Translations under genes and position numbers: made by a program
The notes under the pieces: generated by a model
What the model was told of the DNA's origin: nothing
The model's database searches: none
Seen by the model: only the letters and a program-made list of their open reading frames with translations
Assembly: GCA_964579725.1 (NCBI GenBank)
Contig: CAZOHG010000002.1
Location: 30,890-94,889 of the forward strand
Source: an uncultured Deferribacteres bacterium
GTDB lineage: Bacteria > Zhuqueibacterota > JdFR-76 > BMS3Abin05
Direction of reading: 5' to 3'
Length of the DNA stretch: 64,000 nucleotides
Shown: in pieces, positions 27,197 to 37,804 of the stretch
Layout: every line of letters begins with the position of its first letter
Numbering within the stretch: the stretch's first letter is position 1

Positions 27197-29263
27197 ATGA
27201 ACAAAAAGTGGATTTTTGTTCTCTGGGGATTCCTTTTCAACTTCTTTTTCGGGACTTCCGGCGGACTTGCCCAGAATTTTGGGTACGATTGGCGCAAGGC
27301 CTACGACGTCAAACGGTACGATTTGGCTCTCAAAATAAATCCCGATTCGCAAACCGTGGCAGGGCGGGTGCGCATTTCGGGCATTTGCCTGCGCACGCGT
27401 TTGGATTCCGTCTTTTTGGATCTGGCCGACGGATTCACCGTAACGGCGGTCAAGAATGTGCCCAATGACTCGCTCTTGCCATTTCGCTACTCCCGGAATC
27501 AACTGGTTTTGGCTCTGAAACCACCGCTCCAAAAGGGACAGCGCTTTTCCGTGGACATTGTGTACCACGGAACGCCGCCTCCCGGTAAAGGCGGAATGAG
27601 CGAAACCGCTTTTATTTGGGGACGAACGCCGCAGGGTGCCCCCTGGGTGGGGACTTCCTGCCAAACCTTGGGCTCTCATTTCTGGTGGCCCTGCAAGGCA
27701 GCTTTTTTCCATCCTGAGGACAAAGCCGATTCCATTTCAATCGCCTTAACGGTGCCGGACACCCTGGTGGCCGTTAGCAACGGACGGAACTTGGGGGTGT
27801 CTCCCGATTCTTCGGGTTGGAGAACATTTCGCTGGCTGGTCACCCATCCCACGTCAACCTACTTAATTACCCTGTACGTCGGGCCGTACGTGGAACTGAC
27901 CCAGCCTATTCCGCTGCCGTCTGAAAAAGACACTCTAATGGCCCATTATTACGTGCTAATGGGCAACGAACAACGCGCAAAAGAGGAATTTTTTCCACGC
28001 GTGCCCGACGAAATTCGTCTGTACACCCGCTACTACGGGCCCTTTGCTTTTGCCAGCGACAAATTCGGATTGGTACAATCCCCTTACGCGGGCATGGAAC
28101 ATTCTACCGCCGTGGCTGTAGGCCCTATTTTTCCTCACACGCTGCGGCCCGGCGAACCCAATCCCTTGCAATGGTACGACCATTACTTCAACTACATGGT
28201 AGTCCACGAGGTGGCACACGAGTGGTGGGGAAATGCCGTAACCGCTCTGGATTGGGGGCACTTCTGGCTCCACGAGGGGTTTGCCACCTACAGCGAGGCT
28301 CTCTGGATGGAACACAAATTCGGCCGCGAAGCGCTGCACCAATATATGGCCCAACTGAGCTTTCGGCTGGATTCCACCCAAAGCGTGTACCGTCCACGCC
28401 ACAAAACGGCACGTGAAGCCTACAGCAGCGGTATCTACTGGAAGGGAGCCTGGGTGCTTCACATGCTGCGCTATGTCTTGGGCGACCGAACTTTTTTCAA
28501 AACGCTTCGAGATTTTAACACCGATCCGCAGTACCGCTACCACAATGCCACTACGGCCGATTTCCAAGCCACCTGCGAAAAAAACTACGGACGGGATTTG
28601 TCCTGGTTCTTTCTGGAGTGGATTTACGGCACAGGCTGGCCGCACCTAAAATTCAGCACAAAAATTACAGGAACCCACGCCCGGATTTCCGTCAGGGACA
28701 CCTCTTTTAGCCGTACCCGATTCAAAATGCCCCTGGACGTCCTGCTGGTATGGAAAGGGGGGCAAAAACGCCGTCGCCTTTGGCTGAAACCGGGGGAAAA
28801 CACCTTCACCCTAAAGGCGCCGAAACCCATTCTCGCCGTCAAGCCGGTGGGACTGCGTTGGATTTTGGACGGCCCCAAACGCGGCCACATCCGCTATTTT
28901 TCCGATTTGGATTTTGTCATGGGGAAATTTGGCCCCGGTCTTGTGTTCACTCGGGACCGTCGGCTTTTTGTGAAGGGAGAAAATGCCACATGGATTTCTC
29001 CGGCACGCCATCTTTTCCGCGGAGCCCGCTTCTTAAGACTTCGGTTGGACACTACCAAAGATCTGCGTTGGAAACGGGTTGTCCTTTTTGTTCGGGAACA
29101 CAAATTTCGCAAGCGGGAACGGAAACCGTGGCAGAGGGTAGAATTGCAGGGGGAAATCCCCCCAAATGTGCAAACGGTGCGCGCCATTGAATACAAATTG
29201 GATTTTGGCGCCCTGCGCGGTCAAACGCTGCCCGTTCCCACGGTGATTCTCGATTACCGATAG
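27197..29263 (+). CDS. M1-family zinc aminopeptidase, secreted
   Basis: HEVAHEWWGN followed 18 residues later by WLHEGFATYSE forms the HEXXH-x18-E zinc site. An M1 GxMEN-like region is present (AGMEHSTA). A signal peptide is present. Confidence 0.85.
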   Translation: MNKKWIFVLWGFLFNFFFGTSGGLAQNFGYDWRKAYDVKRYDLALKINPDSQTVAGRVRISGICLRTRLDSVFLDLADGFTVTAVKNVPNDSLLPFRYSRNQLVLALKPPLQKGQRFSVDIVYHGTPPPGKGGMSETAFIWGRTPQGAPWVGTSCQTLGSHFWWPCKAAFFHPEDKADSISIALTVPDTLVAVSNGRNLGVSPDSSGWRTFRWLVTHPTSTYLITLYVGPYVELTQPIPLPSEKDTLMAHYYVLMGNEQRAKEEFFPRVPDEIRLYTRYYGPFAFASDKFGLVQSPYAGMEHSTAVAVGPIFPHTLRPGEPNPLQWYDHYFNYMVVHEVAHEWWGNAVTALDWGHFWLHEGFATYSEALWMEHKFGREALHQYMAQLSFRLDSTQSVYRPRHKTAREAYSSGIYWKGAWVLHMLRYVLGDRTFFKTLRDFNTDPQYRYHNATTADFQATCEKNYGRDLSWFFLEWIYGTGWPHLKFSTKITGTHARISVRDTSFSRTRFKMPLDVLLVWKGGQKRRRLWLKPGENTFTLKAPKPILAVKPVGLRWILDGPKRGHIRYFSDLDFVMGKFGPGLVFTRDRRLFVKGENATWISPARHLFRGARFLRLRLDTTKDLRWKRVVLFVREHKFRKRERKPWQRVELQGEIPPNVQTVRAIEYKLDFGALRGQTLPVPTVILDYR

Positions 29264-29676
29264 AAAAAACCGCGGGGGAAAAAGATCAAACCGGTTCAGG
29301 GACGAAAGCCAGGCAAGAAGGGCCAATTTTAGCAAGCGGGTGTCAGGACAAGAAGGCGGACTCGGGTGTTGTCCCGGAATCTCTTTTCGCGGACACGGAG
29401 AATTTTGGTTTTTCATCCCAAAGATTCCCCTCATTTGACAATCCTGCCGTTGAATTTGTTCTACAATGAGACAATGCCCGCCTTTTTTACAGATTCCTGT
29501 GAAATTTAACCCGAAATTGAGGAAATTTGGCTGCAAAACGCTGGCACTGGATTTGCACCCTTTCCCCAAGCGAAAGTCTTCGAAAACGGTTGGGAAGGAT
29601 GACGGACAACAATTGGTTCCCAAACTGACAAGGGAATCTGAAGGATTTGCTACGTCTGCAAACGGGAGGAAGAACA

Positions 29677-30747
29677 ATGAAACGCTTTATTTTGCCGCTC
29701 TTAGGGGTGTTTGGGCTGCTTTTTTTCGGACAAACCGTTAGGGCTCAGGGGCCCACAATCGAAGCCGGATTTTACAGCCGGGATGTCCAAATGTTCTTCA
29801 TGAACGATCTGGATTTGAATAATCCCGGCAACAATCCCCTTCTTTTCTGGGTACGGATTCGAAACGACGCCCGTCAAAGGCGCGTAACCATTTCCCTGAA
29901 AATCGTCAGCCAAAAGTACGGCGTGTTGGCAGAAGGGGTGTCAACCCCGTTTCTGCTGAAACCAGACACGCTGATTGAATTGGACAATCGAAAATTGGCG
30001 CAGGGACAGGGGCCCTTTGAATTAAAAGACTACGCGCTGAACGAAGAAAATCTGACCAAGCTTCGAAACGCTATTTTAAGCACGGGACTTTTACCCTCCG
30101 ACCACTACGCTTTTCTCCTCAAAATTCAAGACGTACAGGAACCCGCCGTTGAAAACGAAAAGGACATTTCGCTCGACATTACCAATCCCACCGTGGTCGA
30201 TCTGGTGTCGCCAGGCGTTTCGGTGGGTTCCGCCTCGTTGCCCACCGTGTACACCCGTCAACCGCAATTCGTGTGGAATTCCAATGCCTCCACATTCGTC
30301 CTGACCGTCTGCGAAAAATTGCCATCCGACTCCTCGCCCGAAGAAGTCATGGAAAATGTGCCCCGCTACAAAGGTGTCGTACACGGCAATGCCTTCCTCT
30401 ACCCGGCTTCCGGCGCTTACCCGTTGGAGAGCGGAAAAACTTACTACTGGCAATTGGAAGCCCTTGTCCAAACGTCGCGCGGATCGCAAAAACTGAAGAG
30501 TGAAATTTGGGGATTTAAGATCGCCCGCTCGGAAGCGCCTGACCGGCAGTTCGCCGAGGAACAGGTCCGCCTATTTTTACAAAGTGAACAACTGCGGAAC
30601 CTTCTAAACACCGGTGCCTTGCAAGGCTACAAACCTACGGGAGTAGTTTTTGTCAATGGCCGACCCGTTTCCATGGAAGATGTTCAAATGATCTTGCAGA
30701 AAATCGAATCGGGGCAGTTCAAGGTTTTAAGTGTTGAGATTCAATAA
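29677..30747 (+). CDS. Secreted hypothetical protein
   Basis: ATG at 29677 has a GGGAGGAAG Shine-Dalgarno. The signal peptide is MKRFILPLLGVFGLLFFGQTVRAQ. I recognise no family. Confidence 0.5.
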   Translation: MKRFILPLLGVFGLLFFGQTVRAQGPTIEAGFYSRDVQMFFMNDLDLNNPGNNPLLFWVRIRNDARQRRVTISLKIVSQKYGVLAEGVSTPFLLKPDTLIELDNRKLAQGQGPFELKDYALNEENLTKLRNAILSTGLLPSDHYAFLLKIQDVQEPAVENEKDISLDITNPTVVDLVSPGVSVGSASLPTVYTRQPQFVWNSNASTFVLTVCEKLPSDSSPEEVMENVPRYKGVVHGNAFLYPASGAYPLESGKTYYWQLEALVQTSRGSQKLKSEIWGFKIARSEAPDRQFAEEQVRLFLQSEQLRNLLNTGALQGYKPTGVVFVNGRPVSMEDVQMILQKIESGQFKVLSVEIQ

Positions 30748-30759
30748 TTGGGAGGGGCT

Positions 30760-31449
30760 ATGTCACGCACAACCATTTTCATTTTACTTGCCACTTTCTT
30801 TTTCAGTCTTGGGACTGCCGGAGCCAAAACCGATCGTGACGTCGCGCTTATTTTTAAGGTCAAAGGCCAAGTCAAAGTGGTGAAACAAATAAAGAAGCTG
30901 CAAAAAGCGCGGCGGGGACTGCGTCTGGATGCAGGCGACCGAATTGAAACGGACGAAAACGGCTTTACAGCCTTGATTTTTACCGACGACAAAAGCATGA
31001 TGAAAATTCGCGCCAATTCCGACGTGGTCATCCGCGGCAAGCGAATTAAAAAATCCTTTGCCAAAAGAATTTACATGGAGGTAGGTGAAGCGTGGGTACA
31101 CGTTTCGCCCCAGTTTGCCAGCGATTTTCGAATCGAAACCCCCACCGGGGTGGCTGCTGTGAAAGGCACAGAATTCTACACAATTGTCGATCAAATGGGA
31201 AACATGACCATTCTGGCAACAAAAGGCATTGTGGAACTCATGAATCAATTTGGCAGTGTTCTGGTGCACGCGGGCGAAGCCGGTCACATTAGGGGCAAGG
31301 CACAGCCGGAAGTACGGCGCGCCAAACCGGACGAAATCCCCAATTGGGGGAAAACCAGGGGCACGGAGGAGGGCAAAGTGCTCGAATTGGAATTTGAGGA
31401 TCAAAACGGTGCGAAAAAACATCTTAAAATTCGCTACAAAGAGAAATAG
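30760..31449 (+). CDS. Secreted FecR-domain protein
   Basis: The FecR-like pattern is AGDRIETDENGFTALIFTDDKSMMKIRANSDVVI...TPTGVAAVKGTEFY. A signal peptide is present. There is no cytoplasmic anti-sigma domain. ATG at 30760 has a GGGAGGGG Shine-Dalgarno. It starts 1 nt after the upstream gene's stop if TTG 30748 is used. Confidence 0.6.
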   Translation: MSRTTIFILLATFFFSLGTAGAKTDRDVALIFKVKGQVKVVKQIKKLQKARRGLRLDAGDRIETDENGFTALIFTDDKSMMKIRANSDVVIRGKRIKKSFAKRIYMEVGEAWVHVSPQFASDFRIETPTGVAAVKGTEFYTIVDQMGNMTILATKGIVELMNQFGSVLVHAGEAGHIRGKAQPEVRRAKPDEIPNWGKTRGTEEGKVLELEFEDQNGAKKHLKIRYKEK

Positions 31450-31525
31450 CTGACCAGGGACGGTTCGCAAAAAAGGTGCAGGAGCGGTGAGAGATCAGAA
31501 AGGTGAACCAAAAAACGGGCAGCGT

Positions 31526-34132
31526 ATGAAGTTTGTACGATGGGTGGCTGGTGTGGTTTTCACTTTGGTGTGGGCGACGGTCGGTGGCGCACAAATCAAA
31601 ATTGTGCACATTCCGCAGGCATTTGTGGAAGAAAATGTGCCCATCCCAATCGAGGTACGTTTGGAGAATGACGGCACGCGAACCGATCAGGTACGGGTGT
31701 ACTACAAGCGGTTGAAGGAAGCGTCGTTTCGCTACGTCGAGCTTCAACCGCAGGGCGACGCGTACAAGGGGGAGTTACCGGCGCAGCCGATTTCAGCGGA
31801 AAAACTGCAATATTTTATTATGGTTTTGCCGCGGAGCGGAGGGCCTGTGACCTACCCGGAAGTCAATCCCTACTACCGGCCGTTTGAAATCCAAATTGTG
31901 CCAAAGGAAACCATTCACGAAGAGCGTCAGAAAGGCCCGCTGCCAGTTCAGCGGGCCCACAGGGCGCCCGTCAAAACGGCGGAGAAAAACCCGCCTCCGG
32001 CTCCCAAACCCGGCAAAACATTTCCGGCGCTTGCTCCGGCGGACTACTTGATCTTAACCCCTGAACCCGGCAGCACCGTTGACCCCGGCGAGGTGGTTAT
32101 TGCTGTTTCCATTCGAGCCGATTCCGGCACAGTGGACCCGGCGAAAACCGTGCTTTCTCTGGATGGCCGGCCGCTTTCTTTGGAAAAGTCCGATTTCCTT
32201 CTTTCGGCGACCCCTGAAATTTCCTCTCCGGGAAAACACGTCGTGACCGTGACCTTTCGAAATCCCGCAGGAAAACCGTTCCGCCCCGTCCACTGGACAT
32301 TTGCCGTTTCTTCACCCAAGCTCACGACGGCTCAATTGTGGCAAAAACGGACTCACGGTCGAGTTTTCGTGAGTTCCCGTCAAGAGAGAGTAAGCGGCCG
32401 CACCCTGACAGACAATCGCCTCGGCGGACAGGTCACCGTTTCCAAAGGGGACCTTCAGGTCGGTACTCGATTCAATTTGACCTCCCAGGAAGATCCCCAT
32501 TACCAGCCCAGAAATCGGTTCCTCTTCTACCTGCGGTCGCCCTGGGCGCAGATGCAATTGGGAGACACCTCCCCTGTTTTCACCGAACTCATGCTTCGGG
32601 GGAAACGCGTTCGCGGCTTGAATACCATGGTGGACGCCGGTGTTTTTCACTTGAATGTGGTAACGGGACAAACCTACCGTGCCGTGGAAGGCAAAGCCTA
32701 CACCGATTTTCGCATTAATCCCATTACGGGCGACACAACGTACATCGATCCTGTGACCGGCGACTCCCTCTCGGCCAAATTTGTGCGCGAAAATAAAATC
32801 GCCCAATACGGGACGTTTGCCCAAAATCTTTTGGGGCTACGAATGGCTCTGGGTAAACCAAGTGGATTTCTGTGGGGACTCAACCTACTGAAGGTGAAGG
32901 ACAATGTTCACTCCATTCGGAAAGGAAACCGACCCAAAGATAATTTGGTGGTGGGAACCGATTTTCAATTGAGCCTGGATAAACGCCGTTTCTATTGGAA
33001 AACGGAAGCGGCTTTCAGCGTGCTGACGGAGGATATCGCTTCCGGCCCAATCAGTAAGGTAGAAGTGGACACGACATTCAAAACGGACCTTCCGCTGGAC
33101 CCGCAGAAATTGCAAAAGTGGATTATTCTCAATGCCAGCACGGTTCCGCTGGACCCGACTCATTTTTCGTCGCTGGCGGTTCTTTCTCGCCTCCAGCTCA
33201 ATTATTTTCAGAATTTTGTCAGTCTGGAATACAAATCCATTGGCGCTGCCTATTTTTCGTTGGGAAACAGCTACCTAAGGCGTAATATTCAGGGACTGTT
33301 TGCGTCCGATCGTATTCGCCTCTTTGAAAATCGCTTTTATCTGAATCTTGGCTACGAGGATTACGCCGACAATTTTGCACGGGTTGACAACAGTCCCGCC
33401 ACGCGCATTCGGACGTTCCGCAGCGGACTCAATTATTTTCCGGGTGCCGGACTGCCCAACGTGAATCTTAGTTTCAGCCATTTTGGACGCAACAACGGCG
33501 TCACCACCCTCGATTCCTCGGCGGGCTATTTGGTGGACACCCGCGAAAAAAACGGCGCCAATCAGGTGACATTTAATGTAAATTACGCCTTCGACGCCTT
33601 CCATTTGCGACATCGTTTACATTACAATCTGATTCAAATGTCCAAGGTGGATGCCTTTGCCCGTTCACGGCAGCCTTTTTTTTATCCCATTGGCATGAAA
33701 AACTGGATTCACTATTTGACACTGGAGACAACCTACCACGGACCGTTTAAATCGATTTTAGGGATTGCAACCAATCGAAATCAATACCAGGGCGGCTTAA
33801 ATCGTTACAACTTTGACACGGCCAATTTGCGGGTGGAATACTCCCCTCTGCAACGCTCTCTTTTCGGTTACTGGGGATTGCGTTTCTACCGGGCTAACGG
33901 GCTGGTCAAAAATTTGACCGGCGCAAAATTGGCCAAGATTGATTTTCAGAAATACCAAATTGAATTGGGTGGGCGCTTTGAGCCCTGGCCGCGCCACGCT
34001 CTTTCGCTGGATGCCAGTTGGATTCTTTTTGAAGATCACGGCGGCCGTTACGTTCCGGACACGGGGAACCTGGTGCCCAATGCTTCACACCACGACTACC
34101 TTTTTCAGGTGCGGTACGATTATCGCTTTTAG
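31526..34132 (+). CDS. Large secreted protein, putative outer-membrane beta-barrel with N-terminal beta-sandwich domains
   Basis: A signal peptide is present. A Pro-rich linker (PPPAPKPGKTFPALAPA) occurs. The C-terminal ~600 aa are rich in alternating beta-strand-like segments. The protein ends in ...VRYDYRF, an aromatic C-terminal residue typical of outer-membrane proteins. I recognise no family. Confidence 0.45.
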   Translation: MKFVRWVAGVVFTLVWATVGGAQIKIVHIPQAFVEENVPIPIEVRLENDGTRTDQVRVYYKRLKEASFRYVELQPQGDAYKGELPAQPISAEKLQYFIMVLPRSGGPVTYPEVNPYYRPFEIQIVPKETIHEERQKGPLPVQRAHRAPVKTAEKNPPPAPKPGKTFPALAPADYLILTPEPGSTVDPGEVVIAVSIRADSGTVDPAKTVLSLDGRPLSLEKSDFLLSATPEISSPGKHVVTVTFRNPAGKPFRPVHWTFAVSSPKLTTAQLWQKRTHGRVFVSSRQERVSGRTLTDNRLGGQVTVSKGDLQVGTRFNLTSQEDPHYQPRNRFLFYLRSPWAQMQLGDTSPVFTELMLRGKRVRGLNTMVDAGVFHLNVVTGQTYRAVEGKAYTDFRINPITGDTTYIDPVTGDSLSAKFVRENKIAQYGTFAQNLLGLRMALGKPSGFLWGLNLLKVKDNVHSIRKGNRPKDNLVVGTDFQLSLDKRRFYWKTEAAFSVLTEDIASGPISKVEVDTTFKTDLPLDPQKLQKWIILNASTVPLDPTHFSSLAVLSRLQLNYFQNFVSLEYKSIGAAYFSLGNSYLRRNIQGLFASDRIRLFENRFYLNLGYEDYADNFARVDNSPATRIRTFRSGLNYFPGAGLPNVNLSFSHFGRNNGVTTLDSSAGYLVDTREKNGANQVTFNVNYAFDAFHLRHRLHYNLIQMSKVDAFARSRQPFFYPIGMKNWIHYLTLETTYHGPFKSILGIATNRNQYQGGLNRYNFDTANLRVEYSPLQRSLFGYWGLRFYRANGLVKNLTGAKLAKIDFQKYQIELGGRFEPWPRHALSLDASWILFEDHGGRYVPDTGNLVPNASHHDYLFQVRYDYRF

Positions 34133-34226
34133 CGAAACGGTAACCCCAGAATGTTAGGGCAACTGAATATTTTTTGAACGACGACTTAAAAGATCGAACC
34201 ATTGAAAGCAGACTGTTGAGGGCAAA

Positions 34227-36320
34227 ATGCTAAAAAAGGCGGGCAAGAAATTTTGGGTGGTTGGGACAATTACTCTCATTGCGGGAATACTGACCTTTGC
34301 GCTGGCCAATTTCAAGTCGGTGCACAATTTGGAACTCAAAAGTCTGGATTGGCGATTCCGAATGCGCGGCGCCGAAGCACTCACGGATTCTTCAATAGTT
34401 ATTGTTTCGGTTGACGATCAAACCTTTTCGTCCATTCAAACCAAATGGCCTTACCCCAGAGCCTATTTTACGAAATTAATCCAAAATTTGAACGAAGCCG
34501 GAGCGCGCCTGATTATTTTCGACCTGGAATTTACGGAGCCGTACACACAAGATTTGCGTCAGGACAGGGAATTAGTGAATGTCGCCCGAAAGGCGGGTAA
34601 CGTGATTTTTGCCGGAAAGGTAGTGACCGAATTCGGCGCCAACAATACTCTGAATCAGTACGTTTTGAAGCCCTTCCCCGACGTCAAAAAAGCTGCTGTT
34701 CCCTGGGGACTGGTGAATATTGTGGAAGACCCGGACGGTTTTTTGCGACGCTACCTGCTTGGAATTCGGCTGCACAAAATTTTCTACCCCACGCTGGATG
34801 TCAAAGCGCTCCAAATGCTCAGCAAGAGTCCCCGATTAAACGATTCCCCCTCCAGGTTGGTGGCGGGTGCGTACGTCATTCCCAAAATCACACCCGAAAC
34901 CATGCTGATTAATTATCTGGGGCCGGCAAAAACCTTCCCCACGTACTCTCTGGTAAACGTTTTGGACGATTTTACGTTTGACATCGGCCCGGAGGACACG
35001 GACATTTTTGAAATGCACAAACTCTGGGGGACTTTTCGCAATAAAATCGTTTTTGTGGGGGCAGGTGCCGAAGAATTGCAAGACGTCAAATTAACCCCAT
35101 TTTACGATTTTGAGGGAAACAAACGCAAAATGCCGGGAGTTGAGGTACACGCCAACGCACTGTACACCGTCTTACACCACCAGTTTATTCGCCGCGCCAC
35201 TATTTTGTGGATCTACCTGTTTTGGCTGCTGTTGGGGCTGCTTGCCGGTGGGATTGTGCTGTGGCTCAAGCCGATTAAAAGTTTCCCATTCATTCTTTTG
35301 TTGGGGATTGGGGTGCTTTTCGGCGTCTTTTTGCTTTTTGTAAACGGCAGAATCTGGTTCCCCATTTTGTCCCCTCTCCTGATGTTGGGATTAAGTTATT
35401 TGGGCAATACCTTTTACATTTTAGGTACGGAACAGCGGGAAAAATTGCGCTATCGCCGAATCTTCCAGAAATACGTCTCCAAAAATGTCGTGGACAAAAT
35501 GCTCGAAAGCGGGCAATTCCCTGAGTTTGGCGGACACCGGGAAAAACTAACGGTTTTGTTCTCGGATATTCGCAGTTTCACATCGTTTTCCGAGCAGTTC
35601 CCACCTGAAGAAGTGGTAGGCCGATTGTCCGATTATTTGACGGCCATGACGGACATTGTGCTCAAAAATGACGGTACACTGGACAAATTTGTGGGCGATG
35701 AGATCATGGCCATCTTCGGAGCGCCCTACTTTTATGAAAATCACGCTTTGAAGGCCTGCGAGGCGGCTTTCCAAATGATTCAAGAAGTACGGAAAAATCA
35801 AGCAGCCTACGCCGAGCGTGGGGAAACCTATTTTAATATCGGGATTGGCATTAATACAGGCGAGATGATCTTGGGGAATTTAGGTTCGCAGCAGGTTTTC
35901 GACTACACCGTCATCGGAGATGCCGTCAATTTGGGCGCCCGTTTGGAAGGAGTCAACAAATTTTACCGAACCAATATTATTCTCTCCGAATACACTTACG
36001 CGGAGGTGAAGGACCACGTGGTAGTGCGGGAGTTGGACACAATTCGCGTGAAGGGGAAAAACCTACCGGTGAGAATTTACGAGCTCCTCGGAATTGACCG
36101 AATTCCCGAAAAGGAATTCGAGCTTTTGGTGCAGGTGTACAGCCTGGCACTGGAGAATTACCGCTCGGGGAAATGGTACGAAGCCGTCAAGAACTTTCGA
36201 AAAATTTTGCGGTATTTTCCCAACGACGGCCCCTCTAATCTTTACATCCGGCGCAGTCTGGATCTTCTGGAAAACGCCCCCGAAAATTGGGAGCCCGTTC
36301 ACAACTTCGCCACAAAATAA
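34227..36320 (+). CDS. CHASE2-sensor class III adenylate/guanylate cyclase
   Basis: An N-terminal TM helix is followed by a periplasmic CHASE2-like domain and a TM cluster. The cyclase core motifs are LTVLFSDIRSFTSFSE and FVGDEIMAIFGAP. A C-terminal TPR-like tail follows. Confidence 0.8.
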   Translation: MLKKAGKKFWVVGTITLIAGILTFALANFKSVHNLELKSLDWRFRMRGAEALTDSSIVIVSVDDQTFSSIQTKWPYPRAYFTKLIQNLNEAGARLIIFDLEFTEPYTQDLRQDRELVNVARKAGNVIFAGKVVTEFGANNTLNQYVLKPFPDVKKAAVPWGLVNIVEDPDGFLRRYLLGIRLHKIFYPTLDVKALQMLSKSPRLNDSPSRLVAGAYVIPKITPETMLINYLGPAKTFPTYSLVNVLDDFTFDIGPEDTDIFEMHKLWGTFRNKIVFVGAGAEELQDVKLTPFYDFEGNKRKMPGVEVHANALYTVLHHQFIRRATILWIYLFWLLLGLLAGGIVLWLKPIKSFPFILLLGIGVLFGVFLLFVNGRIWFPILSPLLMLGLSYLGNTFYILGTEQREKLRYRRIFQKYVSKNVVDKMLESGQFPEFGGHREKLTVLFSDIRSFTSFSEQFPPEEVVGRLSDYLTAMTDIVLKNDGTLDKFVGDEIMAIFGAPYFYENHALKACEAAFQMIQEVRKNQAAYAERGETYFNIGIGINTGEMILGNLGSQQVFDYTVIGDAVNLGARLEGVNKFYRTNIILSEYTYAEVKDHVVVRELDTIRVKGKNLPVRIYELLGIDRIPEKEFELLVQVYSLALENYRSGKWYEAVKNFRKILRYFPNDGPSNLYIRRSLDLLENAPENWEPVHNFATK

Positions 36321-36326
36321 GAACGT

Positions 36327-36350
36327 GCCGCCCCCTCGATTGGGGGCGGT
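36327..36350. terminator. GC-rich hairpin between the convergent cyclase and symporter genes (bidirectional terminator candidate)
   Basis: The hairpin is GCCGCCCCC-tcgatt-GGGGGCGG. It is followed by TTATTTTG on the minus-strand transcript. Confidence 0.45.
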
Positions 36351-36379
36351 ATGTCTTCCAATTGAAGAAAAACGTGCGT

Positions 36380-37804
36380 CTACCCTCCGAAATTTTTTCG
36401 TCGGTAGGCGTTCCCCGTGATTTTGGCCACCACGCCGCTCAACGCAATGAGAGCAATTAGATTGGGCACCGCCATAATGGCATTGAAGGCATCTCCGATA
36501 TTCCACACAATATTAATGTGCTCGCCGGTAATAATGGCTCCAATAAACAAAAGCCCAATAAAAACAAATCGGTAGGGCACAATAGCCCGAATCCCCCAAA
36601 TGTATTCCAAACACTGTTCGCCGTAGTAAGCCCAGGCAATAACGGTACTGTACCCGAAAAGAAAAGATGCCAAAGCAATAATTACCCCTCCGTAGGGAAT
36701 AACCGTATTAAAGGCGGAAACGGTTAACTGCGTACTGGTCATTCCTCCGGCACCCAAAGCCATGCCCGCGGCCGGTGTCAGTTTCCATACACCGGTCACC
36801 ACAATCGTAAAAGTCGTCAGAGTATTGACAAAAATAGAATCGATAAAGGTACCGGTCATGGCGATGAGGCCGTTGTAAACAGGATCAGGAGATTTGGCAG
36901 CGCTTTGAGCAATGGCAGCTGAGCCCAAACCGGCTTCGTTGGAGAGCACTCCCCGCCGAACGCCCAGGCTAATCGCTTTCTGAATCGATGTACCGACCAA
37001 GGCGCCACCTGCCGCTTTAACAGAGAAAGCCGACTTGAAAATCAGGACCGCGGCATCCCAGAGATAATTGACACGGACAATCAAAATGACCATGACGCCC
37101 AAAAAATAGAGCAAAATCATGGAGGGAACCAATTTTTCGGAAACCGCCCCAATGCGTTTGATGCCCCCAATTATAACCAATCCGGCCAAAATGGTTAAGA
37201 CAACGGCGCTGACAATCGTCGGGATTCCGAATTGGGATTTGAAGGCCAGAGCCATGGAATTGGATTGCATCATATTGCCCGTGCCGAAAAGGGCTGTCGC
37301 TCCACCGCAAACGGCAAATGTCATCCCAAGAACTTTCGCAAATGTTTGATTTTTAATACCATAGCGAGCGTAGTACATGGGGCCTCCCGCCATAGTGCCG
37401 TCCTCTGCGACCTTGCGAAATTTAACGCCGAGAAAACCCTCGGCGTATTTTGTGGCCATTCCGAAAAAAGCGGAAACCCACATCCAGAACGGTGCTCCCG
37501 GCCCGCCCGCGGCAATGGCTGTGGCCACACCGGCAATATTCCCGTTTCCTACCGTAGCGGCCAAAGCCGTCATGAGAGCCGCAAAGGGAGAAATATCCCC
37601 CTCTTTCTTTTCCGTTTTGTCTTTTCCCATGGCTCCCCGAAACACAAAGCTTAAAGAGAGGAAAAATTTTTGGATTTGAATGCCTTTGGTCACAATTGTC
37701 AGTAAAATTCCTGTACCGACCAAAAGGGCGATCATCCAATTCCCCCACATAAAATCGGCAAAATGCTGCGTTGCAATCAAAAGCTGATCCAGAAAATGTG
37801 ACAT
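36380..37804 (-). CDS. Alanine/glycine:cation symporter (AGCS family)
   Basis: A 474-aa polytopic protein with the AGCS-characteristic N-terminal region (MTALAATVGNGNIAGVATAIAAGGPGA). Confidence 0.85.
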   Translation of the reverse strand: MSHFLDQLLIATQHFADFMWGNWMIALLVGTGILLTIVTKGIQIQKFFLSLSFVFRGAMGKDKTEKKEGDISPFAALMTALAATVGNGNIAGVATAIAAGGPGAPFWMWVSAFFGMATKYAEGFLGVKFRKVAEDGTMAGGPMYYARYGIKNQTFAKVLGMTFAVCGGATALFGTGNMMQSNSMALAFKSQFGIPTIVSAVVLTILAGLVIIGGIKRIGAVSEKLVPSMILLYFLGVMVILIVRVNYLWDAAVLIFKSAFSVKAAGGALVGTSIQKAISLGVRRGVLSNEAGLGSAAIAQSAAKSPDPVYNGLIAMTGTFIDSIFVNTLTTFTIVVTGVWKLTPAAGMALGAGGMTSTQLTVSAFNTVIPYGGVIIALASFLFGYSTVIAWAYYGEQCLEYIWGIRAIVPYRFVFIGLLFIGAIITGEHINIVWNIGDAFNAIMAVPNLIALIALSGVVAKITGNAYRRKNFGG

